Source: the human T2T-CHM13v2.0 reference genome, Homo sapiens. From it: a stretch of DNA of 64,000 bases. Each line of letters starts with the position of its first letter. Within the stretch, counting starts at the first letter, position 1. The notes under the pieces were generated by a model. It had not been told where the DNA came from and did no database searches. It saw only the letters and a list, made by a program, of their open reading frames with translations. The translations under genes and the position numbers were made by a program. The stretch lies in the NCBI RefSeq assembly GCF_009914755.1, contig NC_060939.1; one strand, given 5' to 3'. Positions 47,341-61,299 of the stretch are shown piece by piece.

Positions 47341-47986
47341 CATCTTTATTCTTTCATCCCATCCTCAACTAAAGTCATGTTACTGTAATAGAAGTGAAAT
47401 ACCATAGCCCCGTGTGCCTCAGCAGGCAGGGGCTGTCAGCACTCTTCATATTGCTGAGCATTTCAAAGCTGTGTTGGCAGCTGTTCCACAGTCGACTTCA
47501 GGGTCCCTGAGATGATTGGCTCTTGGAGATGATCCAGCAGGGTTCTGGTAGCTGAGCTCATCCACCAAGTCCACACTGGCAGTGAAAATGGCTTCTGGGC
47601 TTGGGGCTTTCTGGGCCCAGCCCCAGGGCAGACTGAGTCAACACATGAAGGACAGCCTTCTGCACCCACAGCAGACAGGGGAGGGGCAAAGGGAGACACG
47701 CGGTCCCAGTGGGGCAGGGAGGCTAGAACACGGCCACACCCTTTGCGAGCCACAAACATTTTTGCTGAGCACAAAATTCTCTCCAGCTGGGCAGACAGAG
47801 GAAAAAAGCAAAATGAATGAGTAGAGCACGTGGCACATCATCAGGGAGTTCCATGGAGGAAAGTGGAGCAGGTGAAGGGCAGGACGAGGGACATGGAGTG
47901 CCAGCTAGGGGCTCGAGAAAGTGATGGCAAGAGCTATGTAAGGCTGACATTGGGATATGGTTCTGAAGGGAGTGAGGATGGTGACG

Positions 47987-48112
47987 TGGCTGTGTGTGGA
48001 AAGGGAATGTCAGGCGGGGGTGACAGCAGGGATAAATGCCTGGAGAGCATGGCTGTGTGTGGAAAGGGAATGTCAGGCCGGGGTGACAGCAGGGATAAAT
48101 GCCTGGAGAGCA
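47987..48112. repeat. 63-bp direct tandem duplication (2 copies, 1 mismatch)
   Basis: tggctgtgtgtggaaagggaatgtcaggc(g/c)ggggtgacagcagggataaatgcctggagagca at 47987 and 48050. Confidence 0.95.
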
Positions 48113-48335
48113 GAGTGGCCCGCTATTTCCCAGGAGGAAGGACCTGTGGCTCAAGTGTCAATGAAAGTGAGCGGAGAGGGCTGAAGTCGGGGTAACAGGG
48201 CCAGCCTGTGTGCAGCCCCCTGGATGTGGGCGAGGGAGTTGTCTCTGCCGTGTGAGAGGAACAGCCACAGGAGGGCTTTCAGGAGAGCGCATGGTGTGAG
48301 GTTTTTCAGACTCACTGTGGCTACTGTGGGAAGAG

Positions 48336-48545
48336 TGTTTTAGGTGCCTCCCCTTTACCCCACTGGGTCAGCAGGGTTTCTGCCCTAGGCCTAGGGGGAT
48401 GGCTGCACACACACGCACGACACTTGACAGAGGAGATGAGCACTGGCTTATTAGCCACATAGACAGACTCATACCCCGAGGAGGAGAACCCCAGGCCATG
48501 CAGGGGGAATCCGCGGGACTGAACAGCCCTGAGCTCAGGAGAGGG
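48336..48545 (-). mobile_element. MER74-like ERVL LTR, 3' portion
   Basis: Minus strand ...gcagccatccccctaggcctagggcagaaaccc...ggggtaaaggggaggcacctaaaaca resembles recalled MER74 3' end. Confidence 0.5.
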
Positions 48546-48576
48546 TCTACATGCATTGCAATTAAAAAGGAAATGC

Positions 48577-48874
48577 AGCCGGGTGTGGTAGCTCATGCCT
48601 GTAATCCCAGCACTTTGGGAGGCCGAGGTGGACGGGTCACCTGAGGTCAGGAGTTTGAGACCAGCCTGGCCAACACGGAGAAACCCCGTCTCAACTAAAA
48701 ACACAAAAAAATTAGCCATGTGTGATGGTGCATGCCTGTTATCCCAGGTATTCGGGAGGCTGAGGCATGAGAATCACTTCAATCTGGGGGGCAGAGATTG
48801 CAGTGAGCTGAGATCACACCACTGCACTCCAGCCTGGGTGACAGAGTGAGACTGTGTCTCGAAAAAAAAGAAAA
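48577..48874 (+). mobile_element. Alu (S-type) with TSD aaaaag(g/a)aaatgca
   Basis: Full Alu, TSD on both sides. Confidence 0.95.
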
Positions 48875-48895
48875 TGCATGCCGTCAAGTCCGCTC

Positions 48896-49020
48896 GTGCC
48901 GAGATGAGGTGTCTCCAGTTGTCCAGCATCACATCGCGGTACAGGGTCCTCTGAACAGGGCCCAAGCGCTGCCAATCCTCCTGGCGGACCCCCAGCCACG
49001 TCCTTGAATGACACTGATAC
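48896..49020 (-). pseudogene. Orphan KRAB-A exon of a zinc-finger gene, disabled
   Basis: Acceptor ttacag then VSVSFKDVA / (2-nt deletion) / [30 protein letters not shown]; 125 nt versus canonical 127; no GT donor. Confidence 0.85.
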
Positions 49021-50205
49021 CTGTAATTGTGCATTTCTCAGCACTTTGGGGGTACGGAAACAGGGACATGGAAAACACATTTGGGATGTGATTCCTACTA
49101 TGTTTATTGTTGCAAATCTAAACAAGTTACTGTAAGGTATGCCTATTTTAGTTCTAGTTTTGCCTTACGCTTTTGGGGTAACTCAAGCAGTAAACATATT
49201 TTGAACATCGTAACTCATTTGTACATGAGCGTGCATTAGATACATATACTATCATGTACTAAGCTAACACTAGTATTGTTTTAAAAAATTCTTATTTAGG
49301 TGAAAATCAGTGTAATTAGAGTTTTCACAATTTCCTTTCCACACTTTAAAAGATCATCTTGGGCATTCCCTGGGCTGTACACACCCTCCTTGAAGATCCT
49401 GCTGTGGCTACTGGGGAGTCTGTAAAGTGATCCATGTAAGGCCTGAATGTGCTGTATCAGACTTATGTCAAAGAAGCAATGCTTCAGAAGAGTGGACGGT
49501 GGCTGAAGGGGAAGCCAGAACCAGAGACCTGAAAAAGAGATGACCGCCTTCACTAAAGCAACAGCAATGGGGAAAGGAATCGGGGACTAGTCCCATGGCA
49601 GAAGCCGCAATGGAATTTGTCATCCATTTCTTGAGTGGCTTCCCTGAATGAGTAGCTGGGTCAATGCTGGTGCCATCTATAGTATTAAGGGAAAGATGGC
49701 AAAGTCAGAGTCTATAAATGAGGATTCTACGGCAGTTCTGGACCTTGTGGAACTTTATGTCTAACTGGAAAGATCCAGAAATGGCAGTTTTCACTAATCT
49801 GCGAAGTGCAGAGGCAGGGGCAGCACGGGCTCTGAGGACTGAGATGAGGAAGGACAAGTGGAAAGAGAAGAGGATCGGTTTTGTGGATGAGGCCATCAGA
49901 CTTGACTCATGACAAACCAGGAGGAATGGAGAAGCTGATGGGGCAGGGTTCAAGGTCCATGCAGCCCCAGTGAGAGCATGAGGTGAAGCTGTGTCAGAAC
50001 AGCAGGATGTGTCCGGGATTTAGTCGCACCTGAGAATAAAGTTACATGGTGAACTTTTCTCATCACTTTCCCCAGTGGACAGTAAACCCCACTGTGGGAA
50101 ACGGCATTTTCAGCTGTAACTGTGCAGATGCCACACCCCTGGGCAGTCCTCACTCTGCAGGCTCCGATTCTCACAGCGCCCAGTGATGCCAGCAAAACAC
50201 TTTAT

Positions 50206-50422
50206 CAGGAGTGTCCAATCTTTTGGCTTTCCTGGGCCACACTGGAAGAAGAACTGTCTTGGACTGTACATAAAATACATTAACACTAACAAAAGCTGAT
50301 GAGCTAAAGAAAAAAAATGACAAAAAATACCTCATAATGTTTTAAGAAAGTTTACAAATGTTTGTTGGGCCTCATTCAAAGCTGTCCTGGGCTGCATGCA
50401 GCCCGGGGGCTGTTGGTTGGAC
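50206..50422 (+). mobile_element. MER30 (hAT-Charlie) DNA transposon relic
   Basis: caggagtgtccaatcttttggctttcctgggccacactggaagaagaa...ggttggaca. Confidence 0.88.
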
Positions 50423-51452
50423 ATGAAGGGGATTCTTAGAGAGATTTCACTGCACTGAATGCTCACAGTTTATTTACATAACAGTTCAAACTCCAGTTAT
50501 CACTGTGCCTTCAAAGTGCACACGTCGCTCCTAGCACCTCTGCCCACCAGCCTCTACATGAACACCAGGAGCACGTGGCGATCGGTGACCAACCACACCA
50601 CTCCCTTCAGAATCTGCAGGGCCCTTCCCTCCGCATGCACAGCTCGGTTCCTGTACAGACAACACCACGTGTAGTCATCTTGCTTCTTAGATTCCTAGTA
50701 ATAAAACCACTCGGAATGTTACAAAGATAAAAACTGGAAGAGTGGATTGGCCAACAAAGAGGAAAGTGCAGGAAAGAAAGGAAGAGTGACAGCCTCGGAA
50801 GTACCATTCAGACCTCCAGGAAAGGGCACTGTGGTGCTGCCTCTGTGGGTGCTGACATTGCACTGGTCAGGAGGTGCACCAAGCCAGGCTAGGGGCCACC
50901 AAGCCTGGCTTTTAATACATTTTTATAAAGAAATAAGCTTGAACTATCGGTGTGTCTAAAGATTTTAAATTACAATATATGAAATAAATATCAGTTTTCC
51001 TGAGTTTCGTTTTCATGTGTTCATATGAAGACAATATGCAATGGTAAGAGACATGTTAACGTGTGGATAAAAAAATTCAAAGGTTGCAGAACACTCATGA
51101 TTTTCTCCACTGATTATTAAGATCACTTTATAGTTTTGGCTTGCATGGTCGTTCTTATAGTCACAGACTACTATGCGAAGTGAGGACTATGTCGATATAA
51201 GGAAATCTTTGTTGGATAGAAGAACACTAGGAGTTTCAAAAGGAGACATGGGAAGAAGTCATGTCCCCAAAGTCCTCTATTTGGTACTGAGAAGCTACTC
51301 ACTTCGGTATAAGGAGGGGGTGACAGACTTTCCAGAGGGAGGAGGCATTATCTGAGTTCAGACGAAAGATGTGCTGAGCAGGGCAAGAGACAGGTGACCT
51401 GGTTCAGGAGAGAAAACAAAACTTTGAAATATATTTAAGAATATAAAAAACT

Positions 51453-51849
<397 letters not shown>

Positions 51850-51904
51850 TTAGGGTGACATTGTCCCCAGGGAGCAGGGGGATGGGTGTGATGTGGGAGC
51901 CACC

Positions 51905-52149
51905 CCAAGCCGTCCGGTGCCTGGCCCTGGGGTGACCAGGTGAGGGAATCAATATTCCTGCAGGACAAGAGCCACATAAAGAAGGTAGTGGAGGGGGGAG
52001 CCTATAGGAGCAGTTAATTTGCTTGTGAAAGGCGTGTTTATCACCTCTAAGAATTAGCTGGCCCTGGGAGGAGCAGTCTTTCCCCAGCCAGAGAGGCCCC
52101 AGATGCCAGAGCACCAAGAACACAGAAATAAATAAAAACATGGGTAACG
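51905..52149 (-). mobile_element. MER74-like ERVL LTR, 5' portion
   Basis: Minus strand ccatgtttttatttatttctgtgttcttggtgctctggcatctggggcc...gactgctcctcccagggccagctaattcttagag. Confidence 0.6.
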
Positions 52150-54029
52150 TATTTGTCTGTAGTCAAGTCACTGGTGGGTGGAAGCCATAGGCAAATGGTT
52201 TCCATTTGTGATAATGGAATTTCCACGAGAGAAAATGCACCACCAAACAGGGATTTGGAACATGAATGATAAGCGTGGAAACATTTTGCAGAGAGCAGGA
52301 TCGTAAGCTGTCAAGAGACTTGCAGATCACAAGCATTACTATCTTAATGGACATCCATTCTCCCTCCAGGTATTCCAGACTTTATCCCCGCCAGAGGCAA
52401 GAACATCATAAAGACATCGACCTCCACTTCTGGAAGCCAGTACTGAGCTCTGGCTTGCCACACTGCCTTCCTCTTCCATTGAAGAGCCAGCAGGGACAGC
52501 AGCCTGTGTGAGCTCAGGGTTGTCACTGCAAGGTGGTTGCTACATGACTTACACAAAGACATTTTTCAGATTTCACTTTTCTTTTTCTCTCACGAGGAAT
52601 CAGTTAGGTTTATGCTTCTTATCAATGCACATATTTAAACACATAGTATCCCTCATGGCCTTGGCTATCATTATGCTCAGAAATAGCTTTGTACCAAGAG
52701 TAACTGTGTATGTCTACATGCCAACTTTGCCTTGCAATTGATCAGTTCTATGTTTTCTCTGGTTAATTGGACCATTGGACTACATTTAGACACACAGACC
52801 TTGAACCCCCCTACAGAAGCCATTGTAAAGCAAGGTGGTTGGTTCCTAAACAGATCACCTGAAACCTTCTCATTTTCTGTTGTTCTGGAAGGAGTGAGGA
52901 GGACAGGAAGGTGTCACAGAGCGGGGAGGAAGGAGAAGTGGAGTTGAGTGAGACCTGAATGGTCTTACCGCTCCTACATCGCATCCACATGCCTGAAACC
53001 CTGGACCCTGGGCCAGGTGAAGTCTTCCCTGGGGTGTACTCTTCCTTGGCCCTTGAGCCGAAGCAGGAGGGCCCCGTAGAGGCAGCACAGCCTGTCCACC
53101 CACAACGCTCATGAGTATGTGGACTCACATTTGTAGTTTTGCAGAGAGTTAATGTCAACTTTGTTGTCCATTGACTTATTAACAACTTATTTCTCCTTTG
53201 CACGGAAAAAATTCAGAGAATTGATAATATAGATTACAGTAGCCAAAGAATGAAACAACATGGTATAGAAAAAATAGCCTTATTGTTTGGCTGCATTCCC
53301 ACTAGCGCTGTTGAGACTTGGGAGCACCAGGCAAGTCTCTGAAAAGGGGATGAGGAAGCCGAAAGCAAGCTGCATTTTGCTTGGCTCTAACTTCCTCTGG
53401 GTTTTCCCAGTGAATCTTTTGTTATGAAGTTTCTGGTCATTTACTGCGACAGAGAGAACAGCAGAGCCCTGAATTTTCCTCCTGGCCCTGTTGTCCACAC
53501 ATGGGCTATCTTAGATATATTATTCATTCTCAAGATGTCTTTCACCTTTCAAGCTCAGCACCTTTCTCCAGAAGCCTGCTCCTCTGTGCTGTGTTTCTGG
53601 CCTCAGTGAGTGAGGACAGTCACCCAGCCATCACGCGAGGAACTCAGCGGCCATCTGTGCCTTCATCTTCCTTGCAGTCAGAGGATCACTAAGTCTCACT
53701 GTTCTTCTTTAAAGCCCTCCCCATTTCTGCCCTGAATTACTGCAGCCGCCTCCCTGCTCTGCCATCCATCTGGGCATTACTGCCAGGGTAATCTTTCCGT
53801 ATGTGAGTGCTGCTGATATTGGTTCTCCAAAAGGACTGCTGTGGCTCCTGTCTCCTTCGGGGTGAGATTCGAGCCATGGAGCAGCAGCTTCAGCATCCAG
53901 TCCATTTGTTGGGTCTCAGGTCCTCCAGTTTTCCTTGGATTCTCCTTCCTCACCAATCCACCGCACACTTCACTCCAACCACACAAAACACAGTTTTCAG
54001 AACAAGCCACACTGCTTCATGCCTCCCAT

Positions 54030-54238
54030 CGGGGTCTCTCAATCTCCGTATTATTTATGCTCGGGGCTGGAGAGCTGTGTTGTAGGGGCCTGGCCTGTGT
54101 GCTGTAGGATGTTAGCAGCAAACCTGGCCTCTACCCACCACGTGCCAATAGCATACCCACCCCCCAGTTTTGATAACAAAACACCTTTGGACATTACCAA
54201 ATGTGCCCTGAAAAATCATCCCCAGTTGAAAGCAGTTG
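54030..54238 (-). mobile_element. MER20 DNA transposon relic
   Basis: gctgtaggatgttagcagcaaacctggcctctacccac...gacattaccaaatgtgccctg. Confidence 0.75.
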
Positions 54239-55423
54239 CTCTTTGCTTTTACAAATGCTGGTCCTTTTACCTGGAATAACCTTCCCTTCATACTGAACTC
54301 CTACCCAGTCATCTCTTCGAAACTTCAACCCAGTCATCTTCAAAGCTTCAAAAGTCAACCCAGTCATCTCTTCTTCTCTGGTGACCTCCTTGCTCAGGCA
54401 CAGCCAGAGCTAATCCTTATTTTCCTGGTGAAGCCAGCATTCTTTGTAATACCTCTAAAATCAAGCTCATCTCACTATACTGGAGTCTTTTGCTTGCAAG
54501 TGTCTTTCTTTGCACTGGCCTATGAGTGTCCAGGAGAAATGGCAGAGATCATGGCTTCTTTGTGCCCTCCTTGTCTGGGGTAGATCCTAGCAAGGCACAC
54601 ACCTGGGGAAAGTTTGTTCAAAGAAGGAACTGAATTCATCTTATTCTCTCATGTTAATGGCAATTAAAACATGTTCCTTTATGGTGATGTTGACACCAAT
54701 ATTTTGTGTTTACTAAGATAAAGTCTAAACCAAAACTGGAGCCTAATTTTGCTTCTGAGGTTCTGATTTAGAATGCTAAAAGGAAACAGGTGTGAAAGCT
54801 AAGCACTTATTCTACAGGTGGGAATGTCAATGATGGGGAACAAAATCAAAATTCCTTATGGAGCCCAACCAAGCCGTCGTTTCTTCTCATCATAAAACTG
54901 ATCTTAGCGGCATTTATTTAGGGTCTAATATATGTCATGCTATACTAAGATTTAATGAGATCACTATCTGATTTCCCAAATCTTTCTGAAACAAATAGAT
55001 TAGCAAATTCTACCATAAACTTACACAAATTGGCATCAACTTTTGAAAAGCTGGCATTTGCACATAAATTACTATTTCATGATGACTCTATGTACAACAG
55101 ATGTCTGATGTATTCTCCCAGCTCTAGAATAGTCAATAGAGGAATAAGAATATCAAAATTATTAAGCAAATCCAGAAAGTGAAATTTTTACCCAGGCAAC
55201 TGGTCTTATCCCTTCAAAAATCGATGTAAATCACTAGACAAGGAAAACACGTTACCAAACACTAAAGAATTAATCCTGGAAAAGGTAAACATACAGGTAA
55301 ATATAAAATACTTTTATCTTGCTTTTCATAATTTTTTATGAAATAATTTACAGTTTAAGCAAAAATAACAAAGCATGATGGTGTTTAGGACGTATGTAGA
55401 AACAAACTGTATGAAAGTATGGC

Positions 55424-56362
55424 TGTGGCATGTCATTGAAACATATACATATATGTTTTCATCCACAGTTCCTTGTTCATAACTCTCATAGCCCTTGTGA
55501 CAGTAAACAGAATCTCTCTCTCACACCTTCTCCTGCCCTTCTTTCCCCTGCCCATGGCTGGATTCTGTGGGTCATGAGACCCTCATTCCAAAGAGGGTTT
55601 TGTCTCATAACCTGGAGGAAGGAAGGCTACACAGAGAGGCCAAGAAGAATCTGAACACACAGGCCTTGCTGGGTTTAGAACCCATTTTGTCCAATCACAT
55701 TTCCACAGTCACCCATGCTTCAATCAGGCCTATCCAACAAATTCCCCATATAAAGACCCAAGAGGACAGGGTTTGGAAGCTTCTGGAGAGCTGAACACAT
55801 GAAGGGTGACTAAAAGGTGAAGAACTCATTCACGTGCTGAGAGGGTGGTGCTCCCTGAATCCACATGGACACAAGCTCCTGCACCTGGGACCCTTCAAAA
55901 TCTTCCAGACCTCATCCTGTGTGTATCTCTTCATATGGCTGTCCATCCGTATCCTTTAAAATGTCCTTCATAATAAACTGGTAAACAACATAAGCATTTC
56001 CCTGAGTTCTGTGAGCCACTCCAGCAAATTAATCAAACCCATAGAGGGGATTGTGGGAAGCCCAGCTTGAAGCCAGTTGATTAGAAATTCCAGAAGCCCG
56101 GACTTATGACTGGTGTCTGGGGGTGGGGAAGTGGCAGCCTTGCAGAACGGGCCCTCTCTTTGTGGGATCTGATGCCAGCTCTGGGTAGATAGAGTTGGAA
56201 TTGAACTGGAGGACGTCCAGCTGGTGCCCACTGCAGAGGTGACTGCCTGCTTGCTGGTGAGGAGAAAGCCCCCACATACTCAGGGTCTCAGAAGTCTGCT
56301 GTGTAGATTGCTGTTGTGTTGGTGTGGACACAGAGGAGAAACAGTTCGGGTTTTTCCTAAGA
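55424..56362 (+). mobile_element. MER21-family LTR, within old L1 fragments
   Basis: gagcttctggagagctgaacacatg-like core, cttcataataaactggtaaac...gagttctgtgagccactccagcaaattaatcaaaccc. Confidence 0.75.
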
Positions 56363-56489
56363 ATGACAGTAGCACAAAAGATGGGAGGAGGAGATAGAAA
56401 TATATTGTTGCAAGGTTTTTACAATATACGTGAATGGGTATCATATTATATGAAATTAAATGGTGATAAGTTTAAATTGCAAAATATAA

Positions 56490-57530
56490 ATCCAGAGAAT
56501 TCTTCTGGCCCTTATCCAAGACCATCAAGGCAGTACTTCTCTGAGTCTGCAAGAATCACAGTGTTACTGGGTTTGGGGTGCCCCCTAATACAGATATGGC
56601 TTAGACTGCAACACCCAAGTCCCTTGGAATACCTGGAAAGCTTTCCCAGAAAGGATGGGTACAAACAAGCCCAACTGCAAAGATGACACTGCCTAACTCT
56701 TCAATGCCCAGACACTACCAAACATCCACAAGCATCAAGACTCTCCAGGAAAATATGGCCTCGTCAAATAAATAAGTCACCAGGAGCCAATTCCAGAAAG
56801 ACAGAGGTATGTGATCTTTCAGAGAATTCAAAATAGCTGTTTTGAGGAAACTCAATGAAATTCAATATAACACAGGGAAGCAATTTAGGATCCTAGCAAA
56901 CACATTTAACAAAGAGATTGAAATAATTTTTAAAAATCAAGCAGAAATTCTGGAGTTAAAAAATGCAACTGACATACTAAAGAATGCATCTGAATCTCTT
57001 AATAGCAGAATTGATCATGAAGAAGAAGGAATTAGTGAGCTTGGGGCCAGGCCTGGTGACTCACGCATGTAATACCAGCATTTTGGGAGGCTGAGGCTAG
57101 CAGATCACCTGAGGTCAGGAGTTCAAGACTTCCCTGGCCAACATGGTGAAACCTCATCTCTACTACAAATACAAAAATTAGCCAGGTATGGTGATGGGCA
57201 CCTGTAATCCCAGGTACTAGGGAGGCTGAAACACGAGAATCACTTGAACCCAGATGGCGGACGTTGCAGTGAGCTGAGATTGGGCCACTGTTCTCTAGCC
57301 TGGGTGACAGAGCAAGACTTTGTCTTTAGAAAAAAAAAAAAAAGATTTAGTGACCTTGAAGACAGGCTAATTGAAAATACCTCCTAGTCAAAGGAGACAA
57401 AAGGAAAAAAATGAAATAGAATGAAGCAGGCCTAGAAGATCTAGAAAATACCCTTCAAGTGGCAAATCCAAGAGTTATTGGCCTTACAAGGAGGTAGAGA
57501 GAGATAGGGGTCCAAAGTTTATACAAAGGG
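56490..57530 (+). mobile_element. L1 5'/ORF1 fragment interrupted by an Alu (57045-57343, TSD a(g/a)ga(a/t)ttagtga(g/c)cttg)
   Basis: ORF1p-like peptide RKLNEIQ...EIEIIFKNQAEILELKN...[13 protein letters not shown], continuing after the Alu. Confidence 0.85.
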
Positions 57531-58440
57531 AAATTTCTTACAACTGCATGTGAAATGAATCTATAATTATACACACAATTTTAGTTGTAAAAAACTAGAT
57601 AAAATAGTCTTTTTGAACAGACATTTCACAAAAGAAGATAAAAAAAGGCCAATAAGCACATGAAAGATTCTCAGCATAATTAGTTCTCTGGAAATGCAAA
57701 TTAAAATCATAATGAGATACTACTACATACCCATTAACATAGCCAAAATTACCCAAATAACCACCCAGAAAAATACCAAATATTGGCAAGCATACATTTC
57801 TGTATGAGAGAAGCAAGGATGTCATATATTTAATGGAAACTATCACACATTCCTGGTGGAAATATAATGCAATGAGTTTTATTATCATTCTATTTATACA
57901 TTTTTAAAAAAGGGAGCAACGGCAGGTCATTTACTTATAAAAGTCTCAAAATCATTCTACCGGTGACTTCCTTTCATAAATAACCACTCTCTATAAAACA
58001 CTTGCCAAGAAACACATGGATCCTACAAGGGTCGGGTGTTACTCTTATCAATCATTATTGATAAACAATTATGATGAGGGGACCCAAAGAAGGCGATGTA
58101 CCCGCTGTGGCACCGGTGGCCACAAGGTGGCGTGAATGTCGAGCGGCTGCCCCAGCCACCTAGAAAGAGATTGGAGCAGCCAGGCTTCCAGAAGCAGAGG
58201 AGGCCTCACAGAGGGCACCGAGACTAGACAGGAACCTCTCACCTTGTGAATTTCCCTAAAGAGGGGTCTTCCTAGATAAGCTTTGAAGGAAGACCCAGTA
58301 CCTACACAGTAAGGCACAAGTTACTGTGAAGAAATCTACGTCAAACTAGATGAGGCCTATGTTACCTTAACTACGGCCTCATTTACCCTACCTAGGACCT
58401 GATGGGGCTTAAATTATCCTACACCCACATTATTCTAGAT

Positions 58441-58832
58441 CAGGGTTTCTTAGCCCTCTCATTATTGACAGTTTGGGCTGGAGAATTCTTTGACTCCTCG
58501 GTTTGGGGAGCCTCTGCCCACCTGCCCAACTGTGGCAAACAAATTCATCTCCAGTCCTTGCCCATGACCCTTACTGGGCAAAATTGCTCACAGTTGAGAG
58601 CCACTGCCCCAAATAAGGCTTAAATTACTAGTAAGGCTGATATTACACCAAAACCAGTCTCCATTTTCTTAGATCAATGGTTCTTAAACTAGAGCCTGCA
58701 AAGAATCCCCGAAGGAGCTTGTGAAGCTGCCTACACCTGAGCCTTCCCCCGGAGTTCCTGGTTTCTGTGTCTAACCTATTTCTAGATGATGTAGATGCTG
58801 TCGATGCAAGGACCTCACTTTGAGAAGCACTG
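58441..58832. mobile_element. MER20-like (58441-58607) and MER5-like (58675-58832) DNA transposon relics
   Basis: Termini cagggtttct...gttgagagccactg and caatggttcttaaact...ctttgagaagcactg. Confidence 0.6.
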
Positions 58833-59797
58833 TCCCAGATGGTGACTACATTACCCATACGCACATTTCTCTAAAGCCTCCATTTCCCTAGGACCACCTT
58901 ATCCTAATTGAGGCTTACAACAGACTTGAGGTGTTCATGTTACTATTTTTATTATTAAGGTAAAACCAGGAAATTTTCATAGAAAAGAATTCAAAAGCTT
59001 CTGAACAAGGTATTATATGCATAGAAATACCTCAACATAACATAGATGCTGGGAAACAAAGGCATTGTCAGCCTTGGGCATGAGGAAGGGCAGGGTGCAG
59101 GCAGGGCACAGGCAGGGCTGCTGGCTTCAGCCCTGGGTCTTCTTTGAAGATGGAAAAGGAAAACAATAGAAGACATCAGTTTAAACAAATACTTCAGTAA
59201 TTTTCATGTTGAAATTAGAAGAGTTTCTGTTGCACTTTGGGAATTGCTACTTTATTTTGACTCTAGATATGAATAAGCAAATAGCATGCTACTGCAATCA
59301 ACTTTGACAAAGACAAAATTGTACTGGTGACTTTTTCAAGGGCAGCTTATGGAAGACGTCCGATTACAAACTTGGTGAATGGCGAAGAATATTCATCCCT
59401 CACAGATTTTTTAAAATTATCTTGGTTTTTAGTAAAAATCACGTTGTCTTTAACAGCCACAGACACCAAAGAAGTTCTACCACATCATTTTTTCATATGA
59501 TTACGGCTCATTTATAAGAATTTCTACTATTTCAAAGTGTATTTATTTGTAACTCAAAAGAAGATCAGTCTATTTTTCTGCCTACTCGGCTGTAGAATAC
59601 CACCCTCTACTAATGGCTCATTGACTCAAGGTTACCTTAAAGGAAACCAGACCCAGGGTCAAGAAGGAATCAAGCCCTGTGCATACTCAGTGCTATTCAT
59701 GTGTTCACAGAATGATTATGGGACAGACATTGCACGTGGGCATTTGTTTCATATTTGCATCACGTGGAGGTTTACATAGCAAATATTAACTATTCCA

Positions 59798-59967
59798 GGC
59801 CAGGCCTGATGGCTCACGCCTGTAATCCCAGCGCATTGGGATGCAGAGGCGGGTGGATCACCTGAGGTCAGGAGTTCGAAACCAGCCTGGCCAGCATGGT
59901 GAAACCCCATCTCTACTAAAAATACAAAGTGAGCCGGGTGTGACACCACACACTTGTAATCCCAGCT
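59798..59967 (+). mobile_element. Alu, 3'-truncated just inside the right arm
   Basis: Left arm and linker intact, ends abruptly at tgtaatcccagct. Confidence 0.9.
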
Positions 59968-61299
59968 GGCTCACAGAGCATTTTTCTCTAAGCATCTCAA
60001 GCCCAGTATGAAGTGGACGTGTCCTGGCTCAGAATGTTCCCTCAGTGACAGCAATTGCTCCTCACACCACCTCTTACAATAGGAATAGGCCTTAGAAAAC
60101 CCAGCAATCTATTGGGATACTTCAGCGCAGCAAGCAAGGAATCACTAAAGCCACCAGGGGGCCCCTCCCCTGGAGCTCCATATGCACTGATACCTCCAGA
60201 CACATGGCAAGTGCAGGAACTGATGGGGACTTTGGGGCAGCCTCTTTTTTTTAGGATTCTGTGGTTGAAGATTATATCAGATTAGAACTTTATGCACAGA
60301 CCCTGTTTCTCAAAGCCCCTGCCCCCACACTCACAGTGGAATATTTGCACAGTAACAAACCTCAAATTTGCCCTCCTTCCTAGTGTCTTGCCAATGAAAA
60401 GTGCTTCCGACTCTGACCCTAGTCCTGCTTATGTTTGTTGTTTTGTTGTTTGTTTTTTCCAAGCAGAGCTAAAGCAAGCTCAGTACTATTGGAGATTTGG
60501 AAAGTGCCTTCACATTGTCTTTGCCAATTCTCACCTGAGAGCCCTGCAGACGCCCCACGAGAGGAAAATCTAAGGTCATTGAGGGAGGGGCCGTGATCTT
60601 GGTCCTGAAGCTGTTGCTTTCAGAGGCTTTAAATCACTTCACTGTACTTGACTTGTTCTCTCCCAGTGCCTTTGGTTTCCCTAAGTTCTAGTCCTTAGAC
60701 AGAGCATGTGCCTTGCAAAACTTTTCTCTTTAATCCATCTTAATCCTAGTGAGCAGGTGATATGGTGGGCAGGGGAGCAGTATATGTTCAATGATTTCTT
60801 GCTGTGCTTTCTTTAGGCTGTACCCTTTACAAGGAGTCTCCAGTCATACAGCTGATTTTCCTCCGTCCTCTACTCCACCTCCTGGCTGCAGCATACACAG
60901 ATTATTGTCTTGAATCTGACCCCAGTTGTTTATTAATTATAACCCTTTTCATGACACGGGAAGGCTAAGATGAAGCTGTCTGGGATGGAAAAGAATCCCT
61001 TCCTCTCACATAGAATAAAGATCTTGAAAAGTATTTTTTCTTTGTAGGGTCTGTCTGGAGAAAGTTCTGGGCATATTTATCAGAAAATAGTTCTCCGGAT
61101 GACAGAGCCATGAGGGCATCTGTTTGAATTCTCGTCTTGAGAACCCAGAAGCTTTTGGAGGGAAATTCCATAAAAGTGTGAGGTGTGTGGCCCCCAGTTC
61201 TTACCCTACCCTTTCCCTGCTTCTCCTCCAGGCATTTATGGAATTACCATGTAACTCTTCGCACCAGCTTGTGCTTTCAATGGAAGAATCACCCAATCT

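Noticed and set aside
47463-47774. Minus-strand ORF considered as a KRAB-B or next exon of the orphan KRAB gene
   Set aside because: No KRAB-B (KPDLI..LEQG.EPW) or C2H2 motif in any frame I read.
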